In this document: one piece after another, positions 54,248 through 64,000 of the stretch
Position numbering within the stretch: the stretch's first letter is position 1
How the letters are laid out: the number at the start of each line of letters is the position of its first letter
From: Chrysomallon squamiferum
Taxonomy: Eukaryota > Animalia > Mollusca
Direction of reading: 5' to 3'
Length of the DNA stretch: 64,000 nt
Assembly: GCA_012295275.1 (NCBI GenBank)
Contig: CM022679.1
Coordinates: 4,092,001 to 4,156,000 of the forward strand
The notes under the pieces: model-generated
What the model was told of the DNA's origin: nothing
The model's input: only the letters and a program-made list of their open reading frames with translations
Database searches by the model: none
Translations under genes and position numbers: made by a program

Positions 54248-56986
54248 AAAAACATTAAAAATAAAATAAATAAATTTGTTTTTACAAATTCTGGTCTATC
54301 ACATAGGCGGTATTTCAAATATTCAGAAAGAAAAACATATCAAGTATTTCCTGCACCTCTAAGCATTTTCTGATAAAATGCGCAAAACGAATTAATATCT
54401 TTTTTTGAAAATCCAACACCGATTAACCCTTATTCCTCCAACTTCAAGAATACTTACAGGAAACAAATATAATAATATCCAGGCATATTTTTATTCATTT
54501 ATGTTATTTTTGTCGGGAATAAAAATCTTGTAGTCTGAAAATCAATATTTTTGTAGCCAAAATTTTCTTCATACAAATTTTTTCTTCATTTCTTTCTTGA
54601 TTTTGGATTTTATTTTTGGATTTTTTTCTTTTTTTTTTTTTTCTTCTAAATTGTATGCTGTACTAGCTTAGATCTTTTACGAGATAAAAAGATTTGCAAC
54701 TGAAAAGAAAGGCTAATTGCAACACTACATTAAATTTTCATGTTAATCTTCTGACTGACTTTCTGACAGTTTCCCTTATTCAATTTAGTCGAAACAAATT
54801 TTAGCTGAGCGCATCACGATTCCTTTTTTTACATTTTTTTTTTTCTTTTTCGATTTGTTGTTTCTCTTATTATTTTTTTTATTTTTCTGGTGTTATTTTA
54901 GACGAAAGAGTGGTGATTTTTTTTGGTTTTAAGTAATTTTATTTGAATTACTTATTTTATTTCATTATTATTTTTTCATTTTTTTCTCTTTTTTTTTTTC
55001 ATTTTATCGAGGGCTAAGAATAAATGTGTATCTTTCACGAAACAAATGGAGCAGACATATCGCTATTTTTTTTCTGATTTTATTAAATATTTTACATTCT
55101 CGCTAATCAATAAAACTGACAAGCAATAACAAATATGCATCAGATGATATATCTTAACAAGCTGATTAATTCGAGTGTACATCATGTCTATTCCACTGAC
55201 AGTTAGCGAAACACATACCCAACCAGTGGATGTTATCTACGTTCGAAAGGAAACCAAGCGCTAGCTTCGAATGTATTTTTTTACACAAACAGTGGTCTGC
55301 TGAATCCGAAGTCCATTGAATCATTTTAAATGTTATATTTTAATATTTAATATAAAATATATATATTTTTGTTTTGTTTTTATCAGTATTTTTTATTTGC
55401 CTTTTGAGTTCTGTCTACAAAGAAATTGTCTTCAAAAATTTCTGAACAGCAATGAAAAGATACAATATTTATTTTTCGTTTTATTATTTAACATCCTACA
55501 TTGTTCAGTTCACTGTATATGTTTTTAAATTTGTATAAGCCTCTAAGATTTGAGCAATACAGGAGTCTCACAATATTAAACAGTTCCATAGTTACATGAA
55601 GAAAAAATAGCGGCAAGTGACTCAAAACAAAATTTGTTTTCTAGTGACGTTAAAATACTAACAGAAGCGAAAGTATCCATTAAACCTATCATGCTATCTT
55701 AGATACAGATAATACACAATCAGAAACTCAGAAACACGTATAAACAACCACATACACCTGCCAAACCTACGCACTGACTAACACAACCGTATACATTATT
55801 ATTCTTTTTTACATTCGCGTATTAATCGAACCGATGCGCACAACAATGTTTAAATATATTGACTTACGTCTTGTCTACGACTCCGCACAATGCACAGGTT
55901 TTATTAATTTTTAACGATTAACCACAACACCTTGGCAAACCTCTGCCTCAGAGATCGAACAAAATGTCATCGTTTGTCATTCTCGTGTACGTAGGTTGTG
56001 TGAATGTGTGTCTATAAAATATCGAAAAAGTGCGCGAAGTTAATCAATTAATTGTGAAGAATTTCATGCATCAGCGTCTCAGATTTCCACTCTACAAGGT
56101 TTTACAAGAAAATGCCAATAAAACAGTCGTTAAGAATCGCGTTGAGAATTAGGTAACGAGTTTTAATGTGGCAGCTGCTAAGTTACACCGGCTCACAATA
56201 AAATAAACAGGTGACATGAATAATGGGACAGAAAAAGAAAGATAGAAAATAAGAAGAAAAAAAAAAAAAAAAAAAAAAAAAAAAGAAAAAGAAAAAAATT
56301 ATAAAGAAAGAAACAAAAAAAAAAAAAAAATCTACTAAAGAAATAAAATAAATGTTAGCTCAGATTGATGTTGAGTGTAAGGAAGACAGAATGAAAGAAG
56401 AAATAAAAAAATGTCAAAACAAAGAGTTGGATGGAAAGATTGATAAATAAGAAAGAGAAAAAGAAACAAGAAATAAATAAATAAATTAAGTTTAGGTAAT
56501 CTATATAGAAAGAAAAAAGCTATAATCCTAATTATACAAATATGGCGCTTAGTGTTCGAGAAATCTCAGCCAGTATTAAATTCTGTGTCGTCGTCGATTA
56601 CTTGAACACTTTAATATAACAGCAACGTAGGCGTATGATACGACACGCCAATGACGTTACTAACAATAACAGAAATAATAACAACAACAATAACAACAAT
56701 AATAATAATAATAATAATAAATAATAATAACAACAACAACAACAACAACAATAATAATATTGACGATGATGATGGTGATGATAAAGATGATAAAGACGAT
56801 GATTTAATTATAATGATGAAGATGACTATAACAATGTTAATTACGATAACGGAAATGTGATGACAGCTGTTTTCTAAAAATATTGAACAACTAGTCCATG
56901 GAAACAGATAAAATATAATGAGACCAAAATAAACAAATACAGATAGATTACTTATGTTTCTGTTTAATTTTTAGTATCTTTGAATA

Positions 56987-56987
<1 letters not shown>

Positions 56988-57079
<92 letters not shown>
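56988..57079. repeat. (CA)n microsatellite
   Basis: Perfect dinucleotide run. Confidence 0.95.
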
Positions 57080-57084
<5 letters not shown>

Positions 57085-57326
57085 ATACACATATACACAC
57101 ACAGACACACACATGCGTACACATACACGTCAAATAAATAAATAAAAAAGAAAGTTAATAACTAAAAACTTCAATCTCAATACAGTATTTGTTGTAGCTG
57201 TATTTCAGCACAGAACTCAAATCTTTAACAAACAACGAAGGTGAAAAAAAGAGGAAAAAACGAAACGCCATGAAGCTAGCTTACTCAGTTTTTAAGATTT
57301 CTGTTTTACATAGCTATTCTACAATA

Positions 57327-57793
57327 CAGTAAACCCTCGATTTAACGGACTGCAGATTCGGCGGAAAATAATTTGACGAAACAAACGTATTCCATCGCAT
57401 CATTGTATCTATCATAAGTAGACACACCTACCCCACCCAACCCAAACACACACACACACGATAAGTTCCATAGTTGGTGCTAAGTGAAAGTGTTACGGAT
57501 TAATGAGTCATATGCAAACACTTCTAGGAATGTTAGGATACATCATCTAATTCAAATCGTGAATATTTCTGTTTAGTGAGAGTATAACCTTCTGAATTAA
57601 ATATTTCGTGACTGTTCAGCGATAGGATAACTTTGTGAATTAAATATTTACTACAGTTTTATAGTTGTTAAAACGGTTAAAATGACAGCATTGCTCATCT
57701 GAAATGTCGTAATCTGAACACGACTACGTTTTGACGATGTTTTAAGCGGAGCCCGCTTCGCTCATGTTAGTCGCGTTAATTGAGGGTTCACTG
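57327..57793. mobile_element. Non-autonomous Tc1/mariner-superfamily (pogo/Tigger-like) MITE, copy B
   Basis: TA|CAGTAAACCCTCGATTTAACG ... CGTTAATTGAGGGTTCACTG|TA: imperfect TIRs (2 mismatches and 1 gap), a TA target-site duplication and no ORF. Confidence 0.7.
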
Positions 57794-59546
57794 TAAATAA
57801 ATTACAGGGTGTCGTGATGTATTACACACACTAAACTAACTCCTTAAATCATCCTTCTGTAATACAACTACATCGATTTTGTGGTCCGCTTTAGGAAACA
57901 TGTCAGAATCAGAAAATATGTTGTTGAAAAGAGAAAGAGATGAAAAAAAATAAAAAAAATAAATAGAAATAAAAAAAATGTTAATAAGAGAAAAACGTCA
58001 AGATTAACAAAGTAAGTTTAATACACTGACATGTTTGTCGGCTCGTATCACGCACAGTGCATGCAATGTCACGAAAAGGGTTCACGCACAAAACACGCAT
58101 CGCACGCAATTCCTGGTCGCATACAGCGTATAAATGCGTAATTAAAGAAAGAACAAATAAAAAAAAAAAAAAAAAAAAAAAAAAAATAAAAATGAAAATG
58201 AAAAAAATAATATAAAATAAAATACAATAAAATAAATGAATATATACTATTGCTACTGCTACTATTACTACTGATACTGATATTACTAGTACTATTACCA
58301 TTACTACTACTGTTGTTAATAAATAAATAAATAAATAAAATAAATAAACAAATAAACAAACAAACAAATAAATAAATAAACAAACACGTAAAACAACAAA
58401 ACGCGTTGTAATTACGACCACCACCAATATCAACAATTACACACGAAAAGAAAAAAAAAAAAAAACAAATCTAATTAACAACATAAAGAAGAAAATCCCA
58501 AGGTATTATTCTAAAACGTGTTAAATTTAATAAACCAACAACAGAGGTCTGCAGCAATCAATACAGTGCTTCACATGGTGTACAAAGAACAGATAATATC
58601 AATCTAAATCTCCTACTACAGATCAATAGTTTGTTTTCTCAGCTTTATACACTTTCACGCAGTCTTTAAACGTCTACGGAACATTCACCAAGTAATGCTT
58701 CGTACAAAATCGTGATTACAGCGCCGCTGTTAACTGCCGGGTAAATGTTTTGCAAAATAACAATAAAAGCTGTAAAAGTAATTGTTATTTGGTAGTGATA
58801 AAATATATTACAGTCTGTAGAACAGAACAAGAAAATAAAAAAAAACACACAAAGACATTAATAAAAAAAAAAAAATCACCACCAACAGCAATAAAAAAAT
58901 CGTGAGAAAAAAAAATGAAAATGAATGCAGTATAAATAATAAAAAACACCGATAAAAACATAAATAAAAAATAAATAAATAAATAAATAAATAAATAAAA
59001 TGTACTGTGATTCTTCTTTTATCCGCTGTGTTTTTTGATATATGTGTCCTGAAGCCGGTTTCGAACTCTTGACCTCTGGTTTCCAGCACGTGTTTTGTTA
59101 AGATGTCAGATTGATGAATAAGTTTGTAGTCAAAACTTGAACCTTTCAGCTGATTAGTTACTGACCTTTTTCTTTTTTTTTAAATAAAAATAAATCTTCC
59201 ATTTTTGTTTAGCTTGTGTGTTATTTATCGACACCATATTCACATCACAAAGAGGACATCCAGCAATTTTCAGAATCCATCCTCGTGGGAATTTTTGTTG
59301 AGACTACATTTTCAGAGAATATTTAATTCTCGAGGAAAATTGAAATTATATTTGGAACGCGTATTATAGTACACACGTACAGAAATAAACTGAGATAAAG
59401 GGAGAAAAAAAGTAAAGGCAGTGAATGTGTCTCTATGTGTATGTATGTATGTGAGTATGCTTATATGAATTTTTGCAGTTGAAGGAGGGAAAATCAGGTA
59501 AACACTAAAATATGCACAGATGGTATGGCATTGGATATAGACAAAA

Positions 59547-59636
<90 letters not shown>

Positions 59637-60413
59637 AGATAGCGAAAGAAAAAAGAAAACAAAAGACGCAGGGAAGAACGGAATCGTTTAGGCAGTGAAC
59701 AAAGTGTTATCTTTAAACCAAATAATTAGCAGTATTAACTCAGGTTTTTGAAAACAGCGAACAGTATATATTTCACTGAACTGTAACAACAAACGCGTAA
59801 AATTAATGAATATTTTCATTATCTGGACATCTGCAGCAATTATTGCATGTAGAATACGATTATACTAGTAGCCAGTATTCTCTAGAGGTGCGAAACTTAA
59901 GCCAGCCACCCAATCTATCATTATTATACCACTAGGCAAGGACGGATCCAGATATGTTCACTGTATGTCTAGGCAAACATACCTCAAGAGGTTTCCTGTA
60001 TAAAAATTTCAAATCTCGGTCTCATCGAGAAATACCGTGAACTGCATCTTTTGGGATGGATACAATATATGAATATATACACACGCACATTCAAGTTGAA
60101 AAAACATAAAAACATGCAACAGCATGTGCTGTTAATTACGTTTAGAATGATAGCAAAAATAAGCTACCGCTAGTAGGATTGTTCAGTAAATAAGTAAGTA
60201 TGTAAATACGTAAGTAGAATAAATAAATAAGGACACACTCAGAGATATTACACAAACAGATATACAAACAGATGGTTAAAATGGATGGGTGGAATTACAC
60301 AGGTAAAGAGAAAAACACAGATAAATATGTAAATACAGAGGAAGGTAGATAGGCAGACATTAGTAGCTAGGTAGGCATGAAGACAGGAAGGTAAAAACAA
60401 GAGACATATATAC

Positions 60414-60452
<39 letters not shown>

Positions 60453-61135
60453 ACATGCAAATAGACTGTTAGAGAGAAACAAACCTGATAACAAAGAGTT
60501 TATTGAAATGTTGGCAGAATTATTAATGATGAGGATGATAATGACGACAACAACAATACCAACAACAACAACAAACCCAAACAACCAAAACAGAACAGAA
60601 AAAAAAAAAAAAAAAAAAATACAGAGCTATAGTTCTGCGGGGCACACAAGAGACAGACAAATACATCTTTAAATTAGTACTTAAACCACTCGACTGTTGC
60701 CTACTCGTCTTTACGCCTTTCTGTCCCAGACACAACAGATGAGACGGCATGAACCAGTTGACACAGATGAGATAATTCTACACGTAATGATCGAACGACG
60801 ATCAATTACATAACCAACAACCGATCAGTCGATACCGACGCTGTAAAAATAGATAACTGATTTTATTGTTTAGTTCCCGTCCTTTGTCTGTTGTGTATGT
60901 GTATGAACATGTAGATAGATGCGTAACATATCTGTTTGTCAATACATTTGCACCAACATACAGACGAACATACACTTAATTAGATACATACATACATATA
61001 TATATATACATACACACACACACATACATACATACATACATACATACATACATACATACATACATACATACTTACATACATAGATGCATGCATACAGAGG
61101 CTGACAGATTCAGGTGTATCCATTTCTAGTTGTAT

Positions 61136-61137
<2 letters not shown>

Positions 61138-61233
<96 letters not shown>

Positions 61234-61250
61234 CGCTCGCTCGCTCGCTC
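61138..61250. repeat. (CT)n + (CGCT)n microsatellite
   Basis: Direct inspection. Confidence 0.95.
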
Positions 61251-61682
61251 TGTATTTTACAATCACAGGCTAACAGTTTTGACAGAACTAATCTACAAGT
61301 TATCTTGATATCTGATGTCAGACATTCTTACGTCTACTCCTAGATGACATCAGAAACGAAAATAACATGTCATCCAGCAGCTGAAAAAAAAAAAAACACA
61401 CAACCAAACTGAGTACAACCCATTGATCTTTCAGCTTGGCGTGTTAATAAGACTTCATGATGTTATATTTTGTGTATATCGACAGGTACATTGTTTGCAG
61501 TGTGTTATTAGATTTACAGAAAATAGAACACACACAGAAGTGGATTTAAGGGTTCACGGCACTTTGGACCCACTAATCAATAAGAACCCAATAAGCGATT
61601 TTCTGTTTATTCTCATATTTATTTTTTTATTTATTGGTTTAATATAAATCTGTTTCTTCCGGATTATTCATACAAAAACAAG

Positions 61683-61723
<41 letters not shown>

Positions 61724-62520
61724 TATATATAAAATATACAAGCAGGCAAAAACAGCAGAAACAGTATTAGTGATAGTAATAGTAAAATTAATAACGATGA
61801 TGATAATGCAGTTATGATGAATGATAAATGATAACGACGATAACAATAATAAATTAATGGATCAACCTCTGAAATGACGGTTATATTTAATCAAAAAAGT
61901 AATAACAATAAAATTAATTTCGAAAAAAGAAGGAACATAAATAAAAAAAAAATAATAAAAAATAAATAAATAAATAAATAAAGACGAAAAAACTAAGCAA
62001 CAAACAAACAACACACATCCACAAGGGAATAAAAATCCATGTTCAAGCAATCTAAATCGAGCACGCAACCAAAACAACAACAAGTTGTCAAGCCATGTTT
62101 AATGCATTTGTTTACAGCCGGAATAAAACAAGAGTTCAACACCGGTCTGAAATGTGTAGCTAGATTCAAATTCAAACGTGGAAATTCAAAAACTCCAAAG
62201 CCTGCGATTATTTGATCTGCGAGACTCGGTCATTGCGTCAGTGACGCGCTTCCCAGCAATTTCTTACATTATGTTTCCATTTGATGGCCTGTGAAGACGG
62301 TTTTCACACTTTATTTCATTTGTGTGTGTGTGTGGGTCTTGAGCGCGAGGGCCACAAATAGCGCAATCAATAGTCTTCCTCATTACCTAAAACGCGGATC
62401 AGTATCGCCCACCGACTTTGTGAGTGTATGATAACAGTTATAAGAAACGACAGAAGAGATTAAGCGCAGGCGCTCGTCTCAAAACAATGATGGTGCATGT
62501 CAGAGGAACAGTTAGGATCA

Positions 62521-62555
<35 letters not shown>

Positions 62556-62561
62556 CTGTGT

Positions 62562-62592
<31 letters not shown>

Positions 62593-62596
62593 AGTG

Positions 62597-62634
<38 letters not shown>

Positions 62635-63351
62635 TGTGTAAGATGGTGCGGATTTGTGTGTGTGTAATTATTTCTCTACGGTTTCTCTGCTTGAGAGTAT
62701 GTTTTGGTACCATAGTATCCATCCATCCATCCATCCATCCATCCATCCATCCATACATAGTGGAATATTCCTATACTTAATAGAAACGAACTATTAGTTG
62801 GATAGTCAGATATCGCCTCCGTGATAAAGGACTTAAACTCACTAAAACGTACATGCACAGCAAGACCAGTATAACCAGACGAATGACGTTCGTCAGCACA
62901 GACAAGGGAAAAAATAATAAACAGACACTAAGTGATCGAAACATCCTCGACGAATGCAAATATTACATTTTCGATGAGAGTGTCTGATAAAATAACAGAA
63001 GTGAGAAGAAGTTTCGGCTGGGTAAAATCTGTTTACATGTGTGCAAATTGCCTATCACGCAGGCATGGAACAAAGTTAATTCAATTCTTTCTCTGTTGGC
63101 AGGTTAGGTAGCAAGGACAAGAGTGTCGTAAATTATTAAAATAACGCAGCGCTTGCTGGTTTTTGTGTGATCTCAACAAAAAGGTGATGGATCGAGGAGG
63201 CTGATATAAATAGCCGAGTTGTGAGATTACTGTAGCCTCTCTGACACACTTTGCTTTTTGTCGATAAATAATTTCATGACCCGATTCGATAATTCTAATT
63301 TTTAAATATTTTTTTCTAATTTCCCGTTCGTTAGATTCTTTTTACGTATTT

Positions 63352-63460
<109 letters not shown>

Positions 63461-64000
63461 CTATTTATCTCTGTATATCCTTTTTTTTTTATATCTGTGC
63501 TTCCATGTACATATTTTTAAATATTTGTTTAAATTATATATATTTTTTTAATTTATTATTTTCATTTTGTCTCCATATATTTTGCATTTACTTGTTATGC
63601 AAATTATTTTTTCTTTCATTATTTTTCATTTTTCTTTCTCCAAACATTTTCTCTTGACAACACAATTATAGTTTTCCTATGCTTATCAAACTATTACATC
63701 AATCCTTTCAAAAACAAAAAAAACTATAAAAAATTTAATAAATAAAAAATCAGCAAATCAGTATCCGAACTCAAATGTCATAATACTGAAATTTTGTTTT
63801 TCCCTCGACCATAATATTTTATCTTAGACTCTGACAAATACGCTGATATTATTTTACATTCCCTAAAAAGATAAACCGATATAATTCTAATGATTCTCAG
63901 TTATGTAAACCCATTCCAGCACACAGCCATAATTCTGAACCCATAAAATATATAGTTATTTATACTGAGCACGCGAAATAACGAGTCCTTGTTGGACAAA

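Noticed and set aside
59046-59090. tRNA or SINE-like B-box (GTTCGAAAC on the minus strand), similarly GTTCGAGCC near 15165
   Set aside because: There is no cloverleaf, the T-stem does not pair and no A-box is at the proper distance; at most a decayed SINE fragment.

Overview
AT-rich, microsatellite-dense animal genomic DNA with GT-AG spliceosomal introns. The taxon is probably a lophotrochozoan such as a mollusc; this is inferred from the receptor subtype and repeat content, not proven. Nearly all ORFs in the supplied track are microsatellite or low-complexity artefacts. Two real genes were reconstructed by hand, arranged head-to-head. (1) On the minus strand is the 5' part of a nicotinic acetylcholine receptor (Cys-loop) subunit gene, with three coding exons (28803-28872 signal peptide, 6218-6426, 3169-3278) and a 22.4-kb intron; the rest of the gene lies left of the window. 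Its motifs resemble the lophotrochozoan anion-selective ACh-receptor clade. (2) On the plus strand is a complete 10-exon SLC22 (organic cation/anion/zwitterion transporter) gene, 44854-52026, of about 546 aa. As assembled, it has a 1-nt frameshift in an A-run in exon 4, and it ends in a DTRL PDZ-binding motif. Other elements: two TA-flanked pogo/Tigger-like MITEs bracketing the SLC22 gene, a structured ~180-nt intronic element, a 5'UTR with seven upstream AUGs, degenerate minisatellites and candidate regulatory motif clusters. No prokaryotic-type system is present, and nothing here establishes a new biological system; the findings are leads.
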